DNA of 64,000 nucleotides from Nymphaea colorata (taxonomy: Eukaryota). The position numbers and the translations under genes were made by a program. Location of the stretch: the NCBI RefSeq assembly GCF_008831285.2, contig NC_045138.2:34596001-34660000 (forward strand), read 5' to 3'. Below the pieces are notes generated by a model. It was not told where the DNA came from, did not search any database, and saw only the letters and a program-made list of their open reading frames with translations. Below are positions 37,948-50,759 of this stretch, piece after piece; positions within the stretch are counted from its first letter, which is position 1; the number at the start of each line of letters is the position of its first letter.

Positions 37948-40900
37948 TTATTTTAATTGCATGGAATGTGGTTGCATCTGTACTTGTTTATTTCATGACA
38001 AGCAAATGAGAAAAGCATATAATTCTTCAGATGGAACTTTCCATTAGGTTCCTGTGTTTCATAATAGATACATGCATGGGAGGGATTAAACTTGTAGGTG
38101 GTGACGAATTCATTAGAGTACTTCCCAAATCCTGCACTCGGACTCTGTTGGAAAATGTATACTATTTATGTACATGTATATTTCTACGCAAAGGTGCGCA
38201 TTAAGTGGCCTTTCGTCTATATGTAATCACCAGCTTTACATGTCATGTCCCTTAATGGAAAGGTTAGCTCTAGTTGACATTGTATCTCTAAATGGTCTTC
38301 CTCTATTAGGCTTATGATTAGGTAAATGGGCCGCGGTAGCGCTTACGGGACTTTTAGCAACACGGGTTTGAGTTTGTCTCCTCTTCGATTATAAATCTTT
38401 TCGCATCTAGTACGTAGCGTTTGTATGATGATTGCCACCTCCCTGTATACTGATTTCTTAGTAGAGTTACCCATGAACTTTTTTTTCCGTCTCGAAAATT
38501 AGGCGTCGTCACCCTATCGTGGAATCTTCTCTTCAGTCCAACGAGTGTTAAACTGGAGCGGGTGATTGATGATGGCCTTGTTCCTGCTCATTGGTACTCA
38601 TTGCAGCAAATGGCTCGGGACCGCTGGCGTCGATCCCCAAGTCACTGTGATCCTATGATGAGTGGGTTTGCGGACCTTTAACCCCGGCCCTTCTCCTTGC
38701 CTAGAGGACGAACCTCTTTTGTTTTGTCAACTTTCGTTATTATTTCTCTCGTCTTACCAGCTTAACACGCTGGGCTGTGCTGCTCGTGAACCAGGGCAAG
38801 GCAGTCCGAGCTTGGCTTTGAGCTCTGTCGTTCTGTTCGAGCTCAGGTACTCGCCATGCAAGCTCGAGGTGGCTCACGCCTCGAGCTTTTTGATACCTCC
38901 AGGAGCCTAAGTTGGTGAGGCCTGGTTCTGTGGGGTTGGTGCGGTCTCCTGCAGGATTCCAGGTGCTGTAATCGAGCTCTCGTAGCAGGGTCAATTTACT
39001 TCTTCCCGCATCAATTAATTCGGGCTGTTGGAAATGGGGGATGGGAACGTTGTGAGGGTGCTTGCCGTCCATGGGCTGTCCATTGCTGCAAACTCCAACC
39101 ATCGGCGCCCTTGTACGCGTGGCAAATAAATGTATGAGAATGAGAGGAGGGCCATAAGACCCAAAAGCAAAGCGCTGCTGCCACCCAAGCACAGGCACTT
39201 TTTCATTTTAGTTGAGCGTTCAAAGGCATCCTCCCGATGGCTTCCATTTTGATTTTTCTTTCGGGTGGTGGGGGACTCCCATGATCATATTGGTCTCCCG
39301 ACGACTTCCAAGTGGACGCGCCCGGACAGCCACCATGTGCCCACCGCCACCTCTTGCCTTTGGATGACGACGACATTTTCTGGTCAAACTGACAAACTGG
39401 GCAGAACATGATTACCCAATTATATATAGCTAAACGAAATACGGTGACGATATCCTATAAAGCAAACAGGAAAAATATCCATCCGAGACCAAATTTATCC
39501 CTTCAGTCAAGTGAGACATGACATGAATGTCTGTATGAGTTTAATTAAAAGGAATATTAATTTAAACATATGTATGCATATATATACCCCCACGCTCAAC
39601 CTTATACAACGGTATATATATCTACTGTCAAGGTCAGGGGTTACTTAATATTAGGTTACCTGCAAAAAAGGAATATGGATTTGGTCCTTGTAAGAAAGAA
39701 GGGGACCTCATTTATCAGCGATCGTCTTCTCCACTGGCGACGCCCAGTTGTTGGACATTTGGCCGCAAAGGGTGTGGCCGGTCTGCAGCAAAGATAACCG
39801 ATCCATCTCGCACCACTCATGGCCTATCCGCAGGCCCTGCCTCAATAATTGCGCGCACATGCATCTGTTTGAGCTAATGACAAGTCCCTTTGTATCATGT
39901 ACCAAAATAATCTTGCTTGCTTGCTTGCTTCATGATTGGGAAGGCCCCTCCCCGTCTGTACCCAATGAAGGTGACTTGATGGCAGGGATATCATAAGTCC
40001 CGAATCATTGGGCATGACATCACCACATGTGCCATATGTTTCCCTACCTTGAACAATAGTTTCAAACTGATTTGCGGAGAGGAAAGCTAGTTCTGCAGTG
40101 GGTCTTTTTTTTTCCCTTTCCTTTTATGGGGGAAATTCTGGACCACAGAAATTAACAACTTTTTGACCGAATATTGCCTGATCTAACCTTTCCTAGAAGC
40201 ACCGTCCCTATACTTGGAGCCGGAACGGAATTGCAGATCATATGCGCGTATTTCTATTTCTAAAAGCATTTGGTAAACATATACACAGTCTCCGCACTCT
40301 TAGCATGCTTATCACAAGAATCTCCGAATCACACTTTAGCCTTGAGACCGGCTAAAAGCTTTTAGGGTTAGCAGCAATGGAAAAATGAAAATACATGTAT
40401 ACGCAATTATCTAAAACAATTGTTTGGTTTAATAATCAAGAAGTAGCTGATTAAGACCAACTCCTAAAAGAAGCGTGAAGTCGCGCGACTATTAATGAAT
40501 GCAACGCATGTTTATGCCCGGAAGTTGTCTTGCAGCAATGCCATAATAATGCTTCTTTTCAAGAACTTCCTCTCGACATATATTGATGTTGAACTAGATA
40601 GATTCGCGGACTGAACGACCAACCCCTCCATCTTGATGAAACTCTTAATACTTTTTTCCCGCTTCCAGGATGAGTTTGGAACAAATAGCTTGTTGTTTCT
40701 ATTTGTCTAGGCATCGCCAATTTGCGATCGCACAACTGTGAGCCGGGTCCACATCTTTCATCGTTTATCGGTGCAGAATGCCAGTTGCCAATTTGCAAAA
40801 ATATTCCTGCCAAATCTGTCCCTCCAATTTGTTTTACAAAACGCCGAGAGTATCCAAGTGGCCATCCCAGAGCTTCCGAACATCCTTGACAATTTATAGT

Positions 40901-43113
40901 GATATTGGTGCGAGTGGGCATGCACATAAACTCGACGGCACATAGGTGTATTATAATTATTATTAAGGAGTTTAACAAGGAAGAATGAGGCAGACCATAC
41001 GGCGAATGGCTATGTTCAATCTCCATGTGCTCTCGCTCGTTAATTACTCTTCATCTTACTTTGGAACTGCAAGTGTGTAAAAGAGTCATCACCGACTCTT
41101 TTGGAAGAGTCATGCAGGCTTTGAGCCCTTCTTTGAATGTCGGTGCTCAAAAAGACTAAAACTAAAAATAAAATACATAATTAGAATGTGGTGGAACTGG
41201 AGTATGAGAGTTTCATGCAAAGGCGTTGAGTACTTGGGTGAGCCTGTTGAGGTGAGTTCTTGTCCCTCACCTTTGTCAGTTTCATCTTGACAAATAATAT
41301 GCAAGCATATTATTTAAATGTACTTGGTGCATTTACATCATCATTTGTTTAGATCATTTTGTGAACTTTGTTGGTTTGGTGATTAAGTATATTTTGTCAA
41401 GTTTATTATTAAAACTGTTTTTGGACACTTGGATTTTCATTGCATAAGTTATTCGGGTTTGAATCTAAATTATATCTAGGGCCCATAGTTTCACATACAA
41501 AGTTGGGCCGTGCAAGCACTGGAAGAATTATTGCATATATAACATGAGCATTTCTCTTTTCCATACTAATTCTGCGCGCAGTTCTTGTTTTTCTCTTTCT
41601 TTATGTGAGGCTGAGGACTTGCGCCCTAGAATGGTGGCGGGACATCGATCCTATCGGCTGGTTTCAATCTCCATATCAAACGAGACCCTCTCCCTCTAAT
41701 ACCTAAGTTCGCGGTGCGGATGAGACCCACAGAAATGATTGAATAATGATCATCGTTTATATGTGATATATATAATTGATTGAGCAACAATCCGCTTTAA
41801 TGTGAACCACTAGAAGTTGACATCTATAGAGGAGTTTAATCGAAACGAGAGGTCATCGTGAAGGCGTAAAAGTTTGTTATCGAATTGTTTGCGGATTAGT
41901 TCTTAGCTTCTTGTCAAATCTTCAGCCACCTGCACTGACGTCAGTCATATCTAGGACATGATTGAATTCGATCTACAAAAAGGCAGTCGTACACATCCTT
42001 GTAGATAAGTTTTTACGCATCCAAGGATCCTCCTTGCGCAGACCGAAAGTGGCAATAAAGTATGAGAGAAAGTACTGGCTGGATAGCACCTCTAGAACGC
42101 CCACCATGCAGTACTGGAGGCAACGTCAGTGCTATGGTTGATCAATTAAAATCTCAGGCTAGATGAATTTGCACCGACTACGTGAGCACAGCAGTTGGCC
42201 AGAACCACTGCGGACGCAATGAAGGATCATGGTGGGCTGCCTTCACATTAATCAATAATGAATACGAACCCTCGACACTGCATATGCACGTGAGGCAGGA
42301 GGTAAGGCGCTCATTAGTCCTTTTCGGAGGTGATTTTCTACAGTACTGCGTGAAGTTGGTCGGCGCAAGATCGTGTTCAAAGTATGTAGGCGGTAGGCAC
42401 TCGATTTAATGGAAGAAGATGAGCCAAAAATAATGATGGGCCACTTTAGTTCTTCAAAACTGTGATTACGATTGAAGATGATGGGCATTGACCACTGATT
42501 CTATGACGTGTTTCAATTATTGATGAATACATTTTCTCCAGAACACGCAAGATGGGATTCTAGCTAACCAGTTGATAGAGATGGATGATACCATCTACAT
42601 GCAAACGATCAATCATTAATTTGAGAACGAATCCATAAAGTAGAATTTTCTTTGATATGTAGATTTGAAATCATTGAACTGCCGGTCGGATCAATGTTTC
42701 GTGCACATGGGCCACAGTCAACCAAATGGGAGGTCCTTTCTTCTTCTTCTTCTTTTCTTTCTCTTCTTCGTTCTCCACCCCCGCCCTCCTCCCCAGAGAA
42801 ACAAAAAAAAAAACACGCACCAAGGCTACACCGGTTGGTTTTCTTCTGGCCTTGAGGTAGAAAGCGCTCTTGTTAGACATGAACTTCAGGGTTTCGGGAC
42901 TGCAGCTGGTAGCAAAATCGGCGAGGAGACGCAAAAGAGGGAACCGCATGAAAACATTTTTTATTTTGTTATTTCCAGAGAAATGATTAACATTATATAG
43001 CAATTTAACTCAGACAATATATAATTAATGGCGTTACACAGGCAATTGTATGGCCATTTATCTCTAACTTGCCGCATGTCTTCGTATTACGTACACAACC
43101 CTTTATGTATAAG

Positions 43114-43152
43114 AACCTATATTACCTACGGTATGATCGTGTCATTCTAGTC

Positions 43153-43191
<39 letters not shown>

Positions 43192-43222
43192 TGACACGAT
43201 CATACCATAGGTAATATAGGTT
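43114..43222. repeat. Near-perfect inverted repeat centred on (TA)n
   Basis: aacctatattacctacggtatgatcgtgtcattcta ... (TA)n ... tagaatgacacgatcataccataggtaatataggtt; one mismatch in 36-bp arms. Confidence 0.9.
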
Positions 43223-46200
43223 TACAGGTATACCATCGTGTCCTGATAGTTCCATCAGCACATAGCTTTGTAGAAGGCTAAGTAAACTTAACTATAACCA
43301 CAATTAACTTCCTGATGTAGCCAAATGATGACCGTACATTGGGAACTACTTTAATCTAGATGAGTTGGTGTTAGCTCTAAAATGCATGTCTTTATCCTCA
43401 AGGCATATTTCTTTATCGGGGAAATCAGAAACTTAAGAATCAAAGGTGGGCCGGGTTTGATGCAGACCTTGCACCCCTCGCATCAAAGATGGATGTCGAT
43501 GCAAATACCAACGAAATTAGGCCACGATGCACATTTAATAGGTGTGATTTTGGTTATTATCAAAAGATTTGCTTGATTTTGAAGAATACTTACCCAGAAA
43601 TTTAATTAAAAAGGTTGGAAATTATAAAATGGAACCCCCCGGAGCTTTAAAGTGCGGGCGCCAGCTGCTTTTTTCCAAGACGATATATATCTGCATGCAA
43701 TCGTATATTAGTCACCAGCATGCAAGACCATGTATATGTATGGTCGTCGCCTCATCTATAATCTCTACACTGTTCATCACCGGCGGATTGCGATAAGAAC
43801 CAGATATTGCTAGTTGCTAGGATGAGGCTCCACCAGGAAGTGATAACTACAAGAAAAAGGATACTCGAGGTGTTCAACTCAGGCTGAGCGGCACCATTCC
43901 CTTTCCGTACTCGTGAAAATAACTTGAGTTCATGATTGACCTTTCCTGTACACCTTTTCTTCTGCCAGTTTAGTTTGGCATGGTTCAGCTGCTTTCCAAG
44001 CACAAGAGAAGACTTGGAGTCGTGCACCTTGCGCATATATATACGTACAGGGACACACACACGCACAAACGCACCCCCCTTCCCTCCTCCCCCCCCCCCC
44101 CCCCACACACACACACACACACACACATATATAGGTTTCTCATTTTGCTTTGGGAATTCTGCAATTATAGTGATGAGCATAAGAGATCAAGAGACCTTCA
44201 CTGTTGTGTCCTTGAGTATTTTATTGCTGGATTCTGTTGATTGGATTGCTTCATGAGATAATGCTATATGATCTACATTTCTTTCGTGTGTAATAGGAGT
44301 TGGATGGCTAATACAAGTAGGCTAGTTTCCAGTAGCAACTGGAGCCGTCGACGGATCTAGTGGATGAAACTCGTCGGTCCAAGGCACTGCCCCTAGGTCG
44401 TTTTCAGAAAGAAGAGTGTCAGCGAGAGCATGCAACAGACGAAGCAGTGCAGTACAAGTTGATCCACATTATGCAAAATAATAAGAGAACAAAAAAATAA
44501 TTAATTGAGAATAATGTTCATCCTAGCAAGTTTACCAGGGGGGGGAGTTGAATTCATGTAAATCAAAAACACCCAAGTGGATTATTTTTCCCAGTCATGT
44601 CAACACGGGACTAAATTAGCGTTCAGTGAATTTATCTTCAATTTGTTGAATAAGTTGCAGCAATTACATGACACGTTTTTTTTCTCTCTACTTAGTAACT
44701 TTTTCAAGCTCCAACATCTCTACGGTATACAATTCTCGGAACAGAACAGTTGGTTCATCTGCCTTCTTTTGTCTCGTGGGCTAGCTGGTCTGATGGTAAT
44801 GAAGCCTGTGCAGCTGATCATAAGATATTCCAATGTAAAGTTGAAGTTCATTCATGGCTAGAGGTACGATTGTAGAGGGGCGTGTATTTCTTATTTATTT
44901 TATAAATTCCAGGATCATTTAATAACCTCATTGTATAAAATCTGATCTGCATATTGAACCATTTTGTGATTTTTTAGTCTTATAGTTTTATAAGCCATTT
45001 AAACAGATCCCAATAATTGGATTCACCAAAACAAACTTACGGACAGTAAAAAATTTTAGACAATGCGCTGAACAATACATTTTGATTTCCATACGTATCT
45101 ATCCTTAAGGAAATGAGTTCTCTCAGTTCGACAATGAAACTGCTTTTTTTCAATCTAATTTTTTCTTTCCCCTTTTTATCGTTTTCACATTTTTTTTTTC
45201 CTTGTATAGATACCATTCCGACCATCGGACTAGTGACTCTTGGAGATAAAAAGAAATGTACAATATTGTAAAGAGAAAGATGTGAGGGGGGAGAAGCAAG
45301 CAAGAGCCGCAGGACTGTCAATTTCGAGTCTGAAATAGACTTGGGATCCCAATAGACACAACACTGTTCATTGTCAGTCTGAAATAGACTTGGGATTCGA
45401 ACCGACGGACGGATGAGGCTTTGCAGTCTGCCGTGAGTACCAGAGCAGATGGTTGGCCACCGTTTCATCTTTATCAGCCACTTGGTGCTGCTGCAAGGAG
45501 GGACAACTTCCCCCTTCGTTTTAGTTCCAACTTGATGCACATTTTACAAGGACGTGCTTCGCTGGAACTCTGCCTTCGTTCTGGTTCCAACTCGACGCAC
45601 ATCTTACAAGGATTTGTGGTTCCAAATTGTTGCACATTTTACAAGGATTTGCTTGACTGGAAATTGGCGACCGATAGCAAAAGACAAGGAAGTTGAACTG
45701 AAATAAAATAAAGAGCCAACAGTCGGGGGACTGCCAATTATAAAGGATCTGTCAATTATAAGGAGCAAAGGACATGCATAATGCTGCAAATTGAGGACAA
45801 AAAGTCACCATATATATGATTAATCAAAGAAGAGAAAAGGGAATGGGCAACGATGGTACCCGTGGACTCGACTAGCGATCAAACTTCCTTAAGCACCTAC
45901 AATCAAATTATTGTTGACAAGTGCAATTGTCAGGCGGTCAACCTGCGCAGTAGATATGCATGTATGAGGCATTAATTTGAGCACTGTGGTGGGGGAGCCA
46001 TGCTCACGCGCAGGCAGGATGAGTAATAATCAAGATTCTTGCAACACTACAATTAATTGATGATCCAACCTTCATTTGGGAATGAAATGAGAATACAGGA
46101 GAAAGAAGACGGTGGTATCCGGTGGGGTTGTCGACATGGAGATCTAGTAGAGTAGGGGATGGCTGGAAAATGCCACACTTAGTGTGAAGAGACTCCACCA

Positions 46201-49200
46201 ACCGACTACTCTTGTACTTCAATTGGCGCAAACCCAAAGAGCACCACTTCTCTATCTCTCTCCGTCCTTTTTCCTTCCTTCCTGCCAAACCCACCATCAA
46301 TCTGGTCTGGCTTTTATGTTACTTTTCCATGCCGCGTGTTCATTTTCCTACCAGGAAAGGAATGTGCCATATCTCTTTCTTTTTCTCTCTCTCTCTTAGT
46401 GGTGTGCTTCTCCCAATTTTTTTCTATAAATATCTGTCCATCTTACCGCTTCCTTCATACTTCCCCTCTCTCTCACGTACACAAATTCGAGATTCTCTTC
46501 GGTTTGATCTCTCCGCTTGACACCTTTGTTCTCAGGTACTTCAATTTTTTATCCTCTTTACAATTTCTCAGCCGATAATGCGGTTTCTCTTTTATGGCTT
46601 CGCTTTGAAGTGAGGAGAACTCTTACTCTGTCGACGTTAGTCTCGCGCATGCACATACACGTACACCAACACACATTTGGGGAAAATAGCGGTCAAAGGA
46701 AACTGCTCTCGATGATGCATGAAAGTTGATACATACACTTAGCATACAACCACTTTCTTTTCAAGGGTGCTATCTTGATGGTATTGAAAAATATTAGTTT
46801 AGAATTATGAGTGCCATTATGAAGGTTAAGTGGACTGGTAATTGTCTCTAAGCATTCCCCCATCTCCTCTCTCACTCTTTTTCTCCCTCTACCTCCATCT
46901 TTACTATTGTTTGTTGACATCTTGTCACTGTTTCTGTCTTGAATGGATTCTCATTTTTTTTATCGGCTCTCTCTCTCTCTCTCTCTCTCTACCTCCATCT
47001 TTACCATGTATAACTAATTAAAACAAAGATTTGATGTCTTGAAGGGCCGGTGTTTAATAAGTTTAATGCAACGACGAGATAGATTCTGTTGATGGGGAAG
47101 GAAAGAGAGTTGCACGGCTGGCGGTGTTTGAGCTGCATCAAGCACTCGAACATAATATGTATACGCAAATTAAAGTATACACCTTCAAAATGGGCAAGTC
47201 CCGCACTTGCAAAATTAAATATCGTACAAGCGTTTCTCGCCGCTGGGAAAAGGCGAACATACTTTTTTCAGGTATTCCTCTTGAGTGAAAATTCAACAAG
47301 AGGAACCTATCTGCGGAGCATTGTAATCTCAATATGCACACCTTACCTTACCATAAGCTGCGGACTGCGGTTGGTCATCATCTTCATATTTTTGCCACCG
47401 GTGTTGGTTGCTGCATGCGGAACTAGCTATGAGATTCCAAAGCGGCCGCCGGCCAGCTGGATATTTCTTCTTGGACTTAGCTACTTCCCAGAAAGGGCGG
47501 TTTAAAATATAACGGTTTAATTTCCTTTTGTTCCAAAAGCAGTAATTTTTCAGCAGCCTATCAGGACCTAGACAAGTTTGATTCAAGACCACCAGGAGGT
47601 GTGGAAGGAGTTGGATGCATTTCATGATGAGGATGCCCATCGGGCTCCACCACTCGGACAATGGGTTCAGGACCATTAGTTCATTACTTTATTAAAATTC
47701 CAAACAACACGAGGCTTCTGAGTAGAGGCTACTACTACTGGTGACCCGCCCTGCCTTCAGAGTATTAATTGCTCGATGAGTTTTTTTTCTAGTATTCCTC
47801 TTGGCAGTATGCGAAAAAGCACATGATCCTGACTTTCTCGTCGTTTTAATTTCTAACAGGTACCCTTCTTTAATATTGCAGATCACCAACTTGTAGGTTG
47901 TCCGTCTCAATTATTTAAAGAGATTCACCATACCTTTTGGGGGAAAACCCAGCGTTAGCAGATTTTCCACCTTCATCGAGTCACAGAAAGGTGTGTGCAT
48001 GATCTTCTTCATCTCATTTCTTTCCTTTTCTTTCTGGAGTTAATGGCCATTGCACCACACAGAAGCTTTCTTTTTTCTTTTCTTTCTTTTTTTTTTCTTA
48101 CCCCATGGTGAAACCGGGGGAGGACCACGAGCAAGTTGCTCTGTCGACCCCTCATGTTTCGAAAAGGGCACTCCACAGCATGTGTACTTTAGCTAGTTCA
48201 GAGCCAGAACCTTCCCTCTGCTTTCTTGCAATCAATGTGAAATTTGCATCCTAGAAGTTGTGGTGGAGAAACTACTGTATCTACAAACCCTTGTGACATT
48301 CCAGGCTCAGCTGTAAAAACCTTACCGTGCTCTGGCTCTCTTTCCTTCCTCCCGACCCTTCCCGCACCCCAACCAACCTTTTTCTCTTATTATTTTGGGA
48401 CAATACCTGCGCCACATTCCAAGGAATTCAAATAATTTGCATTCACATTGCATTAAAGGTTTTGATGCCACGCCCCACCATTCGGCTTCTCATCCAACTC
48501 AGCCATTAGAGTTGTAGTTTCTATGCAATGCCTTCTTTCTCAAAGGGGAGAGGGGGTGTTGGGAGGGAGGGGAGGACATGACTTTGTGTTTCATCAGAAC
48601 TTGAAACTAATCTCATGTATGCGTAACGTGGAAGGAGGATAAGCTTAAAAAAGAATTCAGAAAAGGACGTCTTGCAGGAAGATCAGGAAACAAACTAAAA
48701 AAGCTTTTAGTGTCACGAAAAGTAGATAATAATATAAACAAAGTTGCATATGCTTTAGGAATAGGACCGGCATATTGAGAATGTTTTGCTTCTCTAAAAT
48801 GTTGCAAAAAAGAAAAGAAGGTCGCATGGCATTATTTAAAACATTTCTCGATAATGGTTGTGCTATGGAAATGCATGGATGAACGCCACTCAACTGAGAC
48901 TGAACATGGATCGGACGCACGGCCAATCATGACCCTGCCATGGGCCAGCAACAAGCTCATATATCTCATTTCATAGGCGCCATATTCACTCATGGGCCAC
49001 CCTCTCATTTATTAGTTTGTAGCTGTGCCAATTGGATTGGTCATGTCGCCGATCGTTGGTGCAGTTACGCATAACTGATAATTGAGCGGGGGCCAACCTA
49101 TTACTATGGTAGAAAAACTTTTGGCCTTCATCCTGCTGCATAGTCTAACTATAGTTTACATACGAAATAATAAGCTTGCTTTCAGTGGAATGAAGATGAA

Positions 49201-50759
49201 TTTGGTTAGCACGGTCTAAGCCTTGTAAAGGTTCATGCTTACTGTGTTGCCGTAAGCTTGTTTATACACTATAGAATAATGTTCTGAAGTCCAGAGGCTT
49301 AAGTTTCTTCCAAATATTCTAAACTTCAAAATTCAGTGTCTCTCATTCCACATAACCTGCAAACCTGCCTCATCTCTAAACTATATGCTTCTCTCCGTCA
49401 CATACCAACTTCAAAATCTAGAATCCCAATCGCCGATCAAGAAAGAGGTTCGGAAACTGTATAGTTCTAGTGAAGATGTTTTGAGAGGATTCTACGACTG
49501 AGGAACTCGAGATATATAGAATCAACTCACAACAATTTGGGCAAGTGAAAACCCAAGACGACCAAATTCATATAAAAATGTCAATCCTTATGAGAATCAT
49601 TTGGTTCTTCTACGGGCGCATTCTTCGAGAATATCTATTTTAACAACAGCCAAATATCCCAAGTTCAAAGAACAATGGCTGCGAATGGCAGCAAAAGAAT
49701 CCAGGAGAAGAGAAAATAGTAACATTACCAGGTAGTTGATCTCTGGTTGATGTATACAGTGACATGCACCCACCATGTAGGAGTGGGTGGATTCAAATAA
49801 AATAATTTGGTTTTTCTGATAATATTATGAATGTGCAAGGAGTTGTAGCCGTAGAGAAAACCACAGGCATGCAGTTGTGATACTTCCTGCATAATCCAGT
49901 TGTCTATAAGCCAATACAACTTAACTGTTCTTGGTAAGATCCCTGAACATGTCAAAATAAGTTGCACCGAGTTACAACCCTCTCTCGCTCTCTGCCTTTG
50001 AGAATAACATTCGACGAGATAATTGTTGCCATCTCCAGTAGAAGTTGAACGTGACTTCGATGTAAAAAGAGGCTGCAACCCGTTAGTTAGCAGATACATC
50101 CAGCGCTCATCATCCACTCCTGCCTCCCCTGAATTCGCCTTGTAAATTATGGCTCTAATATGTCCACTTGGCCACTAGGAAAGGTACTCGTAAAACAGGT
50201 CTGTTTTTCTTTTTTGGAAAGCATGGAGCTGTTTAAATTTTGTTACCGGTTACTTATATGTGAAGCAACAGAAAGGCCAAAGCCAGTGCAGTAGTAATGA
50301 GGTTTCCGGGCTACCCTCTCTTGCATTTAGAACCCTTTCATGTTTAAACCCCCCTGGGGTCCAGTCATAATGCTTATGCTCATAGGCCTCCCAACTTTTT
50401 CTAGTGAAGGGTCGCCTGTTGCAAGTAATAAACGGTAATTCACGCGCCGTAGAGGTATAGAAAGGTGAGACTTATGTTCACATGGATGGTAAGCCTTGTG
50501 ACAGGACTCTCTGGCTGGTGTAAAACCTCCCCACTACTTTAGAATATGACACTCCACCGCCTATGGTTTCCAAGTATGAAATTCGACCGTCAAGAAAATT
50601 ACGGCTACTTGAACTATTATATGTGGCACAACACAGCCGCAAGTTTACAAATATCCATAAAAGGGAGGTCTGCAGTACTCTTGTGGTTCTGCAATCTTGT
50701 ATCGTTTCGGTCTTCGAGTTAGATCAATTCTTAACATTGCTTGTCTCTGCCTTCCATAG

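Noticed and set aside
40559..41026. 155-aa ORF with INCQGCSEALGW, reminiscent of Yippee
   Set aside because: A single short motif; no second CxxC or other family residues, and no supporting exon structure.
45515..45648. CRISPR-like repeat-spacer appearance
   Set aside because: Plant nuclear DNA, only three degenerate units, irregular spacers, no cas genes.
46019..46039. Partial miR172-like sequence (AGAATCTTGAT on the minus strand)
   Set aside because: Only 11 nt match, the 3' half diverges, and no hairpin partner is visible.
47089..47505. Hydrophobic ORF faintly like the ARGOS/OSR domain
   Set aside because: Lacks the LPPLPPPP core and a credible ATG start.
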